From contig CP174359.1 in the NCBI GenBank assembly GCA_045401115.1, positions 419,247 through 483,246 of the forward strand: DNA of 64,000 nucleotides. The letters run 5' to 3'. Shown piece by piece: positions 8,195 to 17,290 of the stretch; position 1 is the stretch's first letter, and the number at the start of each line of letters is the position of its first letter. A program made the position numbers and the translations under genes. The stretch is from Candidatus Phycocordibacter aenigmaticus. GTDB taxonomy: Bacteria; Patescibacteriota; Minisyncoccia; Phycocordibacterales; Phycocordibacteraceae. Under the pieces are notes generated by a model, which saw only the letters and a list, made by a program, of their open reading frames with translations, was not told the origin of the DNA and did no database searches.

Positions 8195-9409
8195 ATGTGG
8201 TTTAAAAAAAGACGTCTTTACATGGATTTTGCTGCTGCTACTCCGCTTGCACCAGAAGTGCGAAAAGAAATGCAGCGCGGTTTTGATGCATACGCAAACC
8301 CATCATCTCCTCATCAAGAAGCGCGTATAGCAAAAGATCTTTTAGAAGAAGCACGTACACGTACAGCACGTGCGCTTGGCGTAAAACCTGCAACCATTAC
8401 TTTTACCGGCAGCGGTACAGAAAGTAATAATCTGGCAGTGTATGGAGTTGTTGAGGCACTCTTGAAACGTGGCGCAAAGCCTGAAGAGTTGCATATTATC
8501 GCATCAGGCTTTGAGCATCCTTCACTGGGAGATCCGATTTCGTATTGGGCACGTCGAGGTGTTGCTATTTCATTAGTAGCGCCTAATGAAGAGGGAATTA
8601 TTACCCCCGATGCAGTAGCGGCATTAATCCGCCCAGAGACCGTACTCGTTTCAATCGTTGCGGTGCAATCTGAAATTGGTCAAATTCAACCGCTCCGTGA
8701 GATTGCACAATCACTAGAAGAGGTGCGCCGTAAACGGGCTCAGACCGCGCAGCAGTATGCGCCAGAAGCATTGTTTCCAATTCTTCATTCGGATGCCAGT
8801 CAATCATTATTGTTTGTTGATCTATCGCCACAACATTTACAAGTTGATATTGCGACATATGATGCACAAAAACTGATGGGGCCAAAAGGGGTGGGAGTGC
8901 TGTACAAACATTCGCGTGTTCCTATGGATCCATTACTGCGTGGAGGGAAGCAAGAACGTGGCCTCCGTGCGGGAACCGAAAATGTTGCAGGGGCGCTTGG
9001 TGTGGCGCGTGCTACGGAAGAGGCTGTGCGACATCGTGTAAAAAATGTTGCTCGTGCGACAACAGTGCAACATTATTTTATTTCGCTCTTGGAAAAAGAG
9101 TTACCTCAGATAACCATAAACGGAGGTATGAAACATAGAATTGCAAATAATATTAATATTTCTGTTCCTGGGGCCGATGGTGATTATCTTGCAGTATTAC
9201 TCGATAAAGCAGGTGTCGCAGTTGCGGCGCGTTCAGCTTGCATTGCTTCTGGTACGCCATCAAAAACAGTTGCGCAGCTTGGGAAAGGAGAAGCACTGGC
9301 TCGTGGCACTATTCGTTTTAGTTTTACTCCCACAGTTACCAAAGATGATGCGCGGCGTGCAGTTAATGCACTTAAAACTGCACTCGATGTTATTGACTTA
9401 CCGAGCTAA
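8195..9409 (+). CDS. cysteine desulfurase (class V aminotransferase, IscS/NifS family)
   Basis: TFTGSGTESNN, PLP-lysine region DAQKLMGPKGVGVLY, C-terminal catalytic Cys loop (SACIASG). Confidence 0.8.
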   Translation: MWFKKRRLYMDFAAATPLAPEVRKEMQRGFDAYANPSSPHQEARIAKDLLEEARTRTARALGVKPATITFTGSGTESNNLAVYGVVEALLKRGAKPEELHIIASGFEHPSLGDPISYWARRGVAISLVAPNEEGIITPDAVAALIRPETVLVSIVAVQSEIGQIQPLREIAQSLEEVRRKRAQTAQQYAPEALFPILHSDASQSLLFVDLSPQHLQVDIATYDAQKLMGPKGVGVLYKHSRVPMDPLLRGGKQERGLRAGTENVAGALGVARATEEAVRHRVKNVARATTVQHYFISLLEKELPQITINGGMKHRIANNINISVPGADGDYLAVLLDKAGVAVAARSACIASGTPSKTVAQLGKGEALARGTIRFSFTPTVTKDDARRAVNALKTALDVIDLPS

Positions 9410-9484
9410 TATTCTATAATAGCGATAGAGTTATTCTAGTAAAATATAGAATTACATAATGACGCTGTAGTATACTAAAAGTAA

Positions 9485-10369
9485 ATGGAAATCGAAGAAC
9501 TCACTAAATCACAAATTGTTCTCTTGGTACTATTGGTGTCATTTATGACCTCAATAGCAACTGGTATTGTAACGGTTTCACTCCTTGCACAGGCACCGCC
9601 TGCGGTAACACAAACAGTAAACCGTGTGATTGAGCGCACTGTTGAGACCGTTGTGCCGGCTGAAGGGCAAACTGCGTCAGTAGTAAAAAAAGAAACCACC
9701 GTCGTCGTTAAAGAAGACGATCTTATTACTGAATCAATAGATGCAGGTTTTGAAAGAGTGGTACGGATTCACAAAACCCAAGCAACTTCTACACCTATTG
9801 TTGCCCTCGGCGCCATTATTGGTGACGGCACCGTTATCACTGACTTGTCTGTCGTAACTGGCGCACATGCCGTATCTATAGAAGGGGAAACGTATCAGTA
9901 TGAATTAAGTGCATCCATTAAGGAAGCGGGCATTGCTATCTTAAGTGCCACTGGTACTGCGCCAACCACAGAAGCGTTTACTTCAGTTGGAGTGAGTTCT
10001 CTTAAATTGGGACAAACCTTGATCGGGTTATATGGCACCACCATCGATCGTATTGCAATGAGTACGCTCTCAGGGAAGGCAACACTTACTATTGTGAATG
10101 ATGAGTCAAATACACCATCTTCAGATGAGGAGAAAAAAGACACCGGTTCACCAATACGGTCAATAAATGCAACAGTAGATGCAGCTATGACACCTGGCGC
10201 TCCGCTTATCACTGTCTTTGGAGAATTGGTTGGCATTAGTACGGAAGTTTCTCGCGAAGAAGGAAAAGGTACTTTTGTTGCCGTATCTGATATCTCAGCA
10301 TTGTTAAGTAAATCAGCAGAAGCGGCGCGAAAGAAAAATGAAACTGCGTCAACTACTGCGCAACAATAA
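9485..10369 (+). CDS. membrane-anchored hypothetical protein with degenerate trypsin/HtrA-like fold
   Basis: N-terminal TM; Gly/Thr-rich beta segments (GDGTVITDLSVVTGAH, TPGAPLITVFGELVGI) resembling S1C proteases but without clear catalytic triad. Confidence 0.3.
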   Translation: MEIEELTKSQIVLLVLLVSFMTSIATGIVTVSLLAQAPPAVTQTVNRVIERTVETVVPAEGQTASVVKKETTVVVKEDDLITESIDAGFERVVRIHKTQATSTPIVALGAIIGDGTVITDLSVVTGAHAVSIEGETYQYELSASIKEAGIAILSATGTAPTTEAFTSVGVSSLKLGQTLIGLYGTTIDRIAMSTLSGKATLTIVNDESNTPSSDEEKKDTGSPIRSINATVDAAMTPGAPLITVFGELVGISTEVSREEGKGTFVAVSDISALLSKSAEAARKKNETASTTAQQ

Positions 10370-10423
10370 TTATTTTTTGGATAGACTGTACGTGCTCGGT
10401 CTCTTCATATAAGATACAAGTAT

Positions 10424-13126
10424 ATGCCGCCATTTAATAATTTCACCACCAAAGCAAAAGAAGCAGTTCGTAAAGCGCACGAGCTGGCAATTGAGCGTGG
10501 ACAGAACCAGGTGAGTGCTCTTCATATGGCTATTGCGCTCGTCCTGCAAGAAGATTCAGTTATTCTTTCTATTCTAGAGCGTCTTGATGTTGATACGGTA
10601 CTTTTTACCGATTCAATGCTCGACTTACTCGAAGAGCCGGCGACTAACGCAACAATTTCTCCAAGTTATCAACTTTATTTAACACCTGATCTTGCCCAAG
10701 CGCTTGAAGCAAGTGTAAAGATTGCAGATGGTTTAAATGAATCATTTGTTTCAGTTGAACATATTTTTCTTGGTATTCTCCAATACCCTGGTCCGGCCGC
10801 TGAACTTTTTAATCGTTTTCAAATAAACCGCAACACAGTGACTGCTGTTTTACAGGAGTTTCGTTCAAGTGGTGGCGAAGGCCCTGAAGCGCCGAAAAAA
10901 TATCGCGCACTTTCAAAATATACTCAAAACCTCACAAAACTTGCCAGTGAAAATAAACTTGATCCGGTCATTGGTCGTGATCAGGAAATTGGTCGTATCG
11001 TGCAGATACTTTCACGGCGTACTAAGAATAATCCGATTCTTATCGGTGAAGCAGGAGTAGGAAAAACCGCTATCGCTGAAGGATTGGCAGCGCGTATGGC
11101 GGTGGGTGATGTACCAGAGTCATTAAAAGACAAAGAATTACTTTCACTCGACCTCGGCCTTCTTATTGCCGGCACAAAATATCGTGGTGAGTTTGAAGAA
11201 CGCCTTAAGAGTATTATGAAGGAGGTTGAACGTGCTGAAGGGAACGTCATTTTATTTGTAGACGAACTCCACACCCTTGTTGGTGCTGGTGCGGCTGAAG
11301 GCTCTATTGATGCATCGAACATGTTGAAACCTGCGCTTGCGCGTGGTGAATTGCGAGTGATAGGGGCCACAACGCTGAAAGAGTATCAACAACATATTGA
11401 ACGTGATCCGGCGTTGACGAGACGCTTCCAACCAGTGCACGTCAATGAGCCTTCAATTGAAGACGCGATTGCCATTCTACGTGGTTTGCGTGAAAAATAT
11501 GAAGTATTCCATGGCGTGCGAATTACCGATGATGCTATTGTCGCAGCAGTAGAATTATCAAGTCGGTACATTTCTGATCGATTTCTCCCTGATAAATCAG
11601 TGGATTTAATTGACGAAGCTGCTTCAGCACTGCGTATTGCACTTGAAAATAAACCACCGGCGCTTGAAGAAACTGATCGCAAAATTCGTCGTTTGGAAAT
11701 TGAACTTGAGGCACTTCGAAAAGATGAAAAAGAAAAGGTGGGTAAAAAAGTTAAAGACCGCATCAGTCAAATTGAAAGAGAGGTAAGTGAGCTTCGCGAA
11801 AAAACCGCAGATCTTGAGGTGAAGTGGAAAAATGAAAAAGAAGTGCTTACTGACATTGGTGCGTTAAAGAAAGATATTGATCAACTTCGCTCTGACGCCG
11901 AATCTGCAGAGGCACACGCCGATCTTGCACGTGCTGCGGAAATTCGCTACGGCAAACTTCCTGAGTCAGAAAAGAAACTTAAGACAGCGCAAGCAAAGCT
12001 GAAACGGTTCCAGCGTTCACGACGTGTTCTTAAAGAGGAGGTGACTGAGGTTGATATTGCTGAAGTAGTAGCACGATGGACTGGAGTCCCGGTATCACGC
12101 ATGCTTGAAGAAGAAGCCAAAAAGCTTGCACGCATGGAAGACGCTCTTAAAGAGTCAGTTGTGGGACAAGAGGATGCGGTGCGCCTTGTTTCAGATGCAG
12201 TGAAGCGCTCAAGAGTGGGTATTGCAGACCCAAGTCGTCCTATTGGTTCATTCCTGTTCCTTGGACCAACTGGTGTGGGTAAAACAGAACTTTCTAAAGC
12301 ATTAGCGCAATTCATGTTTGATGATGAGAATGCGATTATCCGTGTGGATATGAGTGAGTTCATGGAGAAGCATGCCATTTCTAAAATGATTGGTTCTCCT
12401 CCTGGATATGTTGGTCATGAAGAAGGGGGGTCATTGACTGAGAAAGTACGCCATCGTCCGTACTCAGTGATACTTTTTGATGAAATTGAAAAGGCACATC
12501 CTGAGGTATTTAATATTCTCTTACAGGTGCTTGATAATGGTCATCTCACTGATGCGAAAGGGCGCAAGGTAAACTTCAAAAATTCAATTATCATTCTCAC
12601 CTCAAATATTGGCGCAGAATTTATCGATAAAATGTCTAGCTTCGGCTTCGCTGCGTCTGCTGAGGAAAATGAACAGGCTGAGTACTCAATTGTGAAAGAC
12701 AAAGTAATGGAGCGTTTGAAGGATTATTTCAGACCGGAATTCCTCAACCGTCTTGACGAGATTATTCTGTTTAATATTCTCTCTCAAGAAGCAATCCGCA
12801 ATATTGTTGAGATGCAGGTTGCTATTGTCGAGAAGCGTCTTAAAGAGAAAGATATTACTCTCCTTATTAAACCGGCAGTGTACGATTATTTAGCTAAGGA
12901 AGGTTACAATCCGCAGTACGGTGCTCGGCCACTGAAACGGCTTATCCAATCAAAAATCATGACCCCTGTAGCATCATTCATGGTAAGTCGCGGCGTGCTT
13001 GAGGGTGGCACAGTACAAGTTGATATGAAAGATGGCGAATTCGTTTTTGATGTGGTTAAGAGCGCTCGCGCCAAAAAATTGAAGCGCACCAAAGCACCCA
13101 CATCAGTAGGTTCAAAAACTTCATAA
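10424..13126 (+). CDS. clpB: ATP-dependent chaperone ClpB (AAA+ Hsp100 disaggregase)
   Basis: Clp-N repeats, two AAA modules (GEAGVGKT; GPTGVGKT), long coiled-coil M-domain between NBD1 and NBD2, no ClpP-binding loop. Confidence 0.75.
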   Translation: MPPFNNFTTKAKEAVRKAHELAIERGQNQVSALHMAIALVLQEDSVILSILERLDVDTVLFTDSMLDLLEEPATNATISPSYQLYLTPDLAQALEASVKIADGLNESFVSVEHIFLGILQYPGPAAELFNRFQINRNTVTAVLQEFRSSGGEGPEAPKKYRALSKYTQNLTKLASENKLDPVIGRDQEIGRIVQILSRRTKNNPILIGEAGVGKTAIAEGLAARMAVGDVPESLKDKELLSLDLGLLIAGTKYRGEFEERLKSIMKEVERAEGNVILFVDELHTLVGAGAAEGSIDASNMLKPALARGELRVIGATTLKEYQQHIERDPALTRRFQPVHVNEPSIEDAIAILRGLREKYEVFHGVRITDDAIVAAVELSSRYISDRFLPDKSVDLIDEAASALRIALENKPPALEETDRKIRRLEIELEALRKDEKEKVGKKVKDRISQIEREVSELREKTADLEVKWKNEKEVLTDIGALKKDIDQLRSDAESAEAHADLARAAEIRYGKLPESEKKLKTAQAKLKRFQRSRRVLKEEVTEVDIAEVVARWTGVPVSRMLEEEAKKLARMEDALKESVVGQEDAVRLVSDAVKRSRVGIADPSRPIGSFLFLGPTGVGKTELSKALAQFMFDDENAIIRVDMSEFMEKHAISKMIGSPPGYVGHEEGGSLTEKVRHRPYSVILFDEIEKAHPEVFNILLQVLDNGHLTDAKGRKVNFKNSIIILTSNIGAEFIDKMSSFGFAASAEENEQAEYSIVKDKVMERLKDYFRPEFLNRLDEIILFNILSQEAIRNIVEMQVAIVEKRLKEKDITLLIKPAVYDYLAKEGYNPQYGARPLKRLIQSKIMTPVASFMVSRGVLEGGTVQVDMKDGEFVFDVVKSARAKKLKRTKAPTSVGSKTS

Positions 13127-13168
13127 AAAGTGTTAGATTAGTGTAACCTCACCTTTATGGAGAGGTAT

Positions 13169-13251
13169 GCGTCGGTGGCAGAGCGGTCAAATGCATCAGA
13201 CTGTAAATCTGACGACTTTAGTCTACGCTGGTTCGAATCCAGCCCGGCGCA
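13169..13251 (+). tRNA. tRNA-Tyr (anticodon GTA), type II
   Basis: Acceptor GCGTCGG/CCGGCGC, anticodon loop CTGTAAA, long variable arm, T-arm GCTGGTTCGAATCCAGC. Confidence 0.8.
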
Positions 13252-13296
13252 CAAATTAAAAACTCGAGCTTTTGCTCGGGTTTTTAATTTGTTGCA

Positions 13297-13435
13297 TGCC
13301 GTGAGCAGGATTCGAACCCGTAGGGGGTCGGGGGCGGCGGAACGCCCCCGTGGAGGAGTTAGGCCGTAGGCCGACATAGAACCGCGGGTTCTATGAGCGC
13401 AGCGAAGCGAGCAGTGAGATTCCAGCCCGGCGCAC
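13297..13435 (+). repeat. tRNA-3'-associated structured element, family B (copy B2, at tRNA-Tyr)
   Basis: Imperfect inverted copy GAGCAGGATTCGAACC; core GTAGGGGGTCGGGGG..CCCCCGTGGAGGAG, TAGAACCGCGGGTTCTA hairpin, TGAGCGCAG, GAGCAGTGAGATTCC; ends in direct copy AGCCCGGCGCAC; terminator 13446..13475. Confidence 0.55.
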
Positions 13436-13483
13436 TGTGAATGTTAAAGCCCAACCAATTTGGTTGGGCTTTTTTACATTCAC

Positions 13484-13615
13484 GCGCCGGGCTGGATTCG
13501 AAAGAAGAGGGGGTCGGGGAGAGGATAGTCTCCCCGTGGAGGAGGCTACACGGAACCGTGGGTTCCGTGAGCGCAGGCGAGAATACGCCGAGTAGTGAGA
13601 TCCCAGCCCGGTACA
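13484..13615 (+). repeat. tRNA-3'-associated structured element, family B (copy B3, tandem to B2)
   Basis: Begins GCGCCGGGCTGGATTCGAA = exact reverse complement of tRNA-Tyr 3' end; same core as B1/B2; ends in diverged direct copy TCCCAGCCCGGTACA; terminator 13621..13652. Confidence 0.55.
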
Positions 13616-13712
13616 TCTCCATAAACGGCTCACCCCACTGAGCCGTTTATTTCGTTGGGGAAAGCTTCACAGAGAGGCTTTGGAAGGCATTTTACGCGTG
13701 TATAATGGCCTT

Positions 13713-14720
13713 ATGAAGAGTTTTTTCATAGTGGGAGCCGTAATAGTTTTGTTCGTCCTCCCGTTGAGCGCACTCGCTTCGAATCATTTTACTAGCGACG
13801 GGTTTTCTTTGGTACCAGAAGTTGTCCGCAATATAACCAACCCTCAGGCGGTACAAGCATGTGACCTCGTAACGTTGATAGATAACATAGTAAGTTTTGC
13901 TACATATATTGCAGTATTTATTGCGACTATTATGTTTGCCTATGCTGGGTTCCTCTATGTTACAGCGGCATCGCGCCCAGAAAACCTCAATCAAGCAAAA
14001 GGTATTTTTGGTAAAGTATTTCTCGGGCTCATTCTTGTGCTTGGGGCATGGCTCATTATTAACTTAGTGATGTCTGTGCTGTTCAATGATGATATTGGCG
14101 GTAATTGGACGTCTTTAGGAGATTGCGGTGAACGACTAGAATTTAATCCTGAGGACTATGCGCCAGTTAATCCTGGTGTAAACACATATGTGCCGGACGA
14201 TCCTTATGATCTTGACCAGCGACGTGAAGCTGATTTAAGGGATTGGTTTGCGAGTTGTTATGTAGGAGTGAAAGATGTGAGCTCTACAAGGGTGAGTGGT
14301 ACGAGTGACGCAGCTGCAGTGTATGCCTGCGACCTTAAAAGAGATTGTGAAGCCACTCTTGGAGACAACACTCCACGTGATAGGACTCAGCCAGTTGATA
14401 TACATGATGACGACTCGGGAGTGTGCGGTATTGTAATCACCGGCGGCTCTGAAGGTGGTCATGCTGGTGGCACTCGCCCCGGTTCACATGGTGCTGGCGA
14501 TAAGCTCGATTTTCGAGTAACAGCAACTTTACAAAGTTACATCCAAGCACAGGAAGACGCAGGTCGCTTTACTCCTGTAGAGCCGCCGAGTTTTGGTGAT
14601 AGACAGTGGGTGGATACTGAAACAAACGCTGTGTGGACCCTAGAAGATGAGGGTGGGTCTAATCAGCATTATGATGTGTGTATAGAAAATTGCCGTACTC
14701 CATCTGCACAAGGCTCTTGA
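13713..14720 (+). CDS. T4SS-pilin-like N-terminal module fused to ~230-aa Cys/Asp-rich extracellular domain
   Basis: N-terminus (signal peptide, ATYIAVFIATIMFAYAGFLYV..ENLNQAKGIFGKVFLGLILVLGAWLI) matches the pilin-like family at 2477-4021; long C-terminal extension unique. Confidence 0.4.
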   Translation: MKSFFIVGAVIVLFVLPLSALASNHFTSDGFSLVPEVVRNITNPQAVQACDLVTLIDNIVSFATYIAVFIATIMFAYAGFLYVTAASRPENLNQAKGIFGKVFLGLILVLGAWLIINLVMSVLFNDDIGGNWTSLGDCGERLEFNPEDYAPVNPGVNTYVPDDPYDLDQRREADLRDWFASCYVGVKDVSSTRVSGTSDAAAVYACDLKRDCEATLGDNTPRDRTQPVDIHDDDSGVCGIVITGGSEGGHAGGTRPGSHGAGDKLDFRVTATLQSYIQAQEDAGRFTPVEPPSFGDRQWVDTETNAVWTLEDEGGSNQHYDVCIENCRTPSAQGS

Positions 14721-14752
14721 CCCGCTACTCACTTTAGGATACAGTATCTTTC

Positions 14753-14914
14753 ATGTCACAAGATAATCTCATAAAGCTTAAATCAAGCGCTACTGGTCGC
14801 ATTATTTGGACCCGAAAGAATAGAAAGAAATTGGCAAATGCACCAAAGCTTGAACTTAAGAAGTACGATCCAGCCGTGCGTAAACACGTAGTATATAAAG
14901 AAACAAAGAAATAA
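14753..14914 (+). CDS. rpmG: 50S ribosomal protein L33 (missed by ORF track, 53 aa)
   Basis: [53 protein letters not shown] matches L33 consensus (..[25 protein letters not shown]); RBS-like AGGAT upstream; terminator hairpin 14940..14972 follows. Confidence 0.7.
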   Translation: MSQDNLIKLKSSATGRIIWTRKNRKKLANAPKLELKKYDPAVRKHVVYKETKK

Positions 14915-15029
14915 GCTTTTTGTATATTTGTATTTTTTAAAAAACCGCCATACATATGGCGGTTTTTTAAAATAGGGAAGCCTCCCGCCTGTATGCAAAA
15001 ACAGTGCGCAGGCACTGTTTTTTGTCAGG

Positions 15030-15100
15030 CGGGCCCACTAGGATTCGAACCTAGATCGACGGTTTTGGAGACCGTTATTCTGCCATTGAACTATAGGCCC
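15030..15100 (-). tRNA. tRNA-Trp (anticodon CCA)
   Basis: Revcomp: acceptor GGGCCTA/TGGGCCC, anticodon stem ACGGT/ACCGT loop CTCCAAA, T-arm CTAGGTTCGAATCCTAG. Confidence 0.8.
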
Positions 15101-15156
15101 AGCTCAGGACAAGTGTACTGTAAAATGCTTCTTTTTAAAAGCGTTGTATCTGAATG

Positions 15157-16074
15157 CTATTTTGCAAGGAAGTCTTCTATAAGCGCCTTCGCCTTCTTTG
15201 TTTCAGAAGGATTGATCCATATAATCTCTTCGTTGCGTTTCAACCATGTCATTTGTCGTTTAGCATACTGTTTTGTTGCCTGCTCGAGTTCCTGGACCAT
15301 TTCATCATATGAAAGGGTGCCGACAAGGTGTCGTGCCATATACCGGTACTCAAGACCAAGCTCTTCCATGCGGTCATAGGAAAGTCCGCTCGCATGAAGG
15401 TTTATTGCTTCTTGAAGCATATCCTCCTTTTCGAGGCGTTCCATCAGTCTAGTATGAATACGTTCATGGAGGGTTTGTTGAGGATGAGAGATACCGATCC
15501 ATAACGTCTCGTAGATGGCGTCTTTTTGAGGTGGTGGATTTTTACCAAGTGCTTCAACAATTTCAATAGCACGAATCAGCCGGCGGGGATTCTTTTGGTC
15601 AATGGTCTCAAACCGCTCCGGGTCTTTATGTCTTAAGACCTCCTGTAGTTGTTCGGTTGTGTATGTTTCTAATTTTGTACGTAAGGTTTCATTTGGTGGT
15701 GCGTCAGCAATCGAAGTGTATCCCAAAAGCGCATCAATATAGAATCCTGTCCCGCCGGCGATAATAGGCACCTTTTCACGCGCAAAAATATCCTCAATCG
15801 CTTCTCGACCTTTTTGCACGAATTCTGATGCGGTGAACACCTGCTGCGGGCTGACAACATCAAGGAGGTGATGTGGTACGCCGTCCATTTCCTTCTCAGT
15901 GACCTTACCTGATCCAATATCCAAACCTCGGTATACTTGCCGGGAATCCGCAGAAATTACCTCTCCGTTATATTCTTTGGCAAGAGTGATTGAAAGAGAG
16001 GTTTTTCCAGATGCGGTTGGGCCAACCACACACACGACTTTTCTTTTTTCCATAGATGCACTATACCGCTTCAA
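15157..16074 (-). CDS. miaA: tRNA dimethylallyltransferase
   Basis: P-loop VVCVVGPTASGKTSLSI, DSRQVYRGLDIGSGK, IPP-transferase fold length. Confidence 0.85.
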   Translation of the reverse strand: MKRYSASMEKRKVVCVVGPTASGKTSLSITLAKEYNGEVISADSRQVYRGLDIGSGKVTEKEMDGVPHHLLDVVSPQQVFTASEFVQKGREAIEDIFAREKVPIIAGGTGFYIDALLGYTSIADAPPNETLRTKLETYTTEQLQEVLRHKDPERFETIDQKNPRRLIRAIEIVEALGKNPPPQKDAIYETLWIGISHPQQTLHERIHTRLMERLEKEDMLQEAINLHASGLSYDRMEELGLEYRYMARHLVGTLSYDEMVQELEQATKQYAKRQMTWLKRNEEIIWINPSETKKAKALIEDFLAK

Positions 16075-16151
16075 GACGTTTCTAAAAACCCATTTCAGAA
16101 AATCAAAAAAATTGGTACCATAGAGAGAGAATAATAATATATATAATCAAT

Positions 16152-16790
16152 ATGAATCATCATACAGATACAGAAGAGGACACTGTCGGCTTTACGCAGA
16201 TGGTAAAAGTAGGGCATCCTGTACCGGATATCGAATTCGAAGTGTATCAGAATGAAGAAATAAAAAAGACTCGTTTTGGAGATTATAAAGGAAAGTGGAT
16301 TATCCTTTTCTTTTATCCTGCCGACTTTACGTTTGTATGTCCAACTGAACTTGAAGAGCTTGCTGATTGCTATGAAGAATGTAAAGGTCTTGATACTGAA
16401 GTTATTAGTGTTTCAAGTGATACCGTGTTTACGCATAAAGCATGGCATGATGCATCAAAAGCAATAGGAAAGATTACTTTCCCTATGGCAGCAGATCCCG
16501 CAGCACGACTTTCTGTAGCATTTGGTACGTATGTTGAAGGAGACTCATTTAATCATACTGATGATGAGGGATTGTCCCTACGCGGTACGTTCATTATTGA
16601 TCCAGATGGTATTTTACGAACCATGGAAATTCATGACAATTCCATTGGACGATCTGCTCATGAGTTAGTGCGTAAATTAAAAGCAGCACAGTTTGTCCGT
16701 AAAAATGGTGGACAAGTATGTCCTGCTAGTTGGGAAGAAGGAGACGATACGCTTAAAGGAGGTGATCTTGATTTAGTTGGAAAGATTTAA
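16152..16790 (+). CDS. peroxiredoxin (AhpC/TSA family, 2-Cys)
   Basis: FFYPADFTFVCPTELEEL peroxidatic Cys motif; resolving Cys near C-terminus (VCPASWEEG). Confidence 0.8.
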   Translation: MNHHTDTEEDTVGFTQMVKVGHPVPDIEFEVYQNEEIKKTRFGDYKGKWIILFFYPADFTFVCPTELEELADCYEECKGLDTEVISVSSDTVFTHKAWHDASKAIGKITFPMAADPAARLSVAFGTYVEGDSFNHTDDEGLSLRGTFIIDPDGILRTMEIHDNSIGRSAHELVRKLKAAQFVRKNGGQVCPASWEEGDDTLKGGDLDLVGKI

Positions 16791-16811
16791 AAGATTTACT
16801 TTTGTAACAGT

Positions 16812-16844
16812 AAAAAAACGGCTCACTGTAGTGAGCCGTTTTTT
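16812..16844. terminator. bidirectional rho-independent terminator, AAACGGCTCA..TGAGCCGTTT family
   Basis: AAAAAAACGGCTCACTGTAGTGAGCCGTTTTTT; perfect palindrome with flanking A/T runs. Confidence 0.7.
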
Positions 16845-16886
16845 GTATGGCTGAGGTGGGGCCGTCCCGGAATAGCGGACTTTTTG

Positions 16887-17035
16887 CTGCACAGAGTTGG
16901 AGTCGGCGTCAGCTCACATCGCTATAATTGTTCGCTCCACTCCAATTCTAGCGTGTGGCTCCTGCCCGGACTCGCCGACAAGCACTCGCTCTCGCTCGTC
17001 TTGTGTACCGGCTCCGTCTTTCGACTCCCATCTGG
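16887..17035 (-). repeat. tRNA-3'-associated structured element, family A (copy A4, at tRNA-Leu-CAA, minus strand)
   Basis: Read on minus strand downstream of tRNA-Leu(CAA): inverted copy CCAGATGGGAGTCGAA, core AGACGGAGCCGGTACACAAGACGAGCGAG..GAGTGCTTGTCGGCGAGTCCGGGCAGGAG..GCTGACGCCGAC, ends in diverged direct copy TCCAACTCTGTGCAGC; ~85% identical to A1 core with compensatory changes in the hairpin. Confidence 0.55.
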
Positions 17036-17088
17036 TTGCGACAAATAAAAATCACCGCACACTTTCGTGTACGGTTCATTTATTTTGT

Positions 17089-17169
17089 GCCCAGAGTGGG
17101 AGTCGAACCCACATCCCCGAAGAGACACGATTTTGAGTCGTGCGCGTATACCAATTCCGCCATCTGGGC
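17089..17169 (-). tRNA. tRNA-Leu (anticodon CAA), type II
   Basis: Revcomp: acceptor GCCCAGA/TCTGGGC, anticodon stem CACGA loop CTCAAAA, long variable arm, T-arm GTGGGTTCGACTCCCAC. Confidence 0.8.
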
Positions 17170-17290
17170 AGGTGTGATTATCCTACTGTGTAATTGCGTG
17201 TATGTCCAATTCTAAGAAATTATGTGAGTTTAGTAAAAAATAAGGATGTACACAACAATAAGATTACTCTGACATGCTAAAATAAGTTCC

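Noticed and set aside
10869-12378. Antisense or off-frame ORFs inside clpB (10869..11060, 10981..11370, 11252..11440, 11386..11763, 11947..12378)
   Set aside because: They are embedded in a well-supported 900-aa ClpB frame, with no independent signals.
13138-13641. ORFs 13138..13377(-), 13157..13369(+), 13359..13622(-), 13391..13633(-), 13441..13641(+)
   Set aside because: They cover tRNA-Tyr and elements B2/B3. Mutually overlapping frames on both strands are typical of GC-rich structured RNA.
14734-15379. ORFs 14734..15015(-), 14783..14998(-), 14993..15379(+)
   Set aside because: The real features here are rpmG (+, 14753..14914), two terminator hairpins, tRNA-Trp (-) and the miaA 3' end on the opposite strand.
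16897-17215. ORFs 16897..17136(+), 16922..17128(-), 16955..17215(+)
   Set aside because: They span element A4 and tRNA-Leu(CAA).
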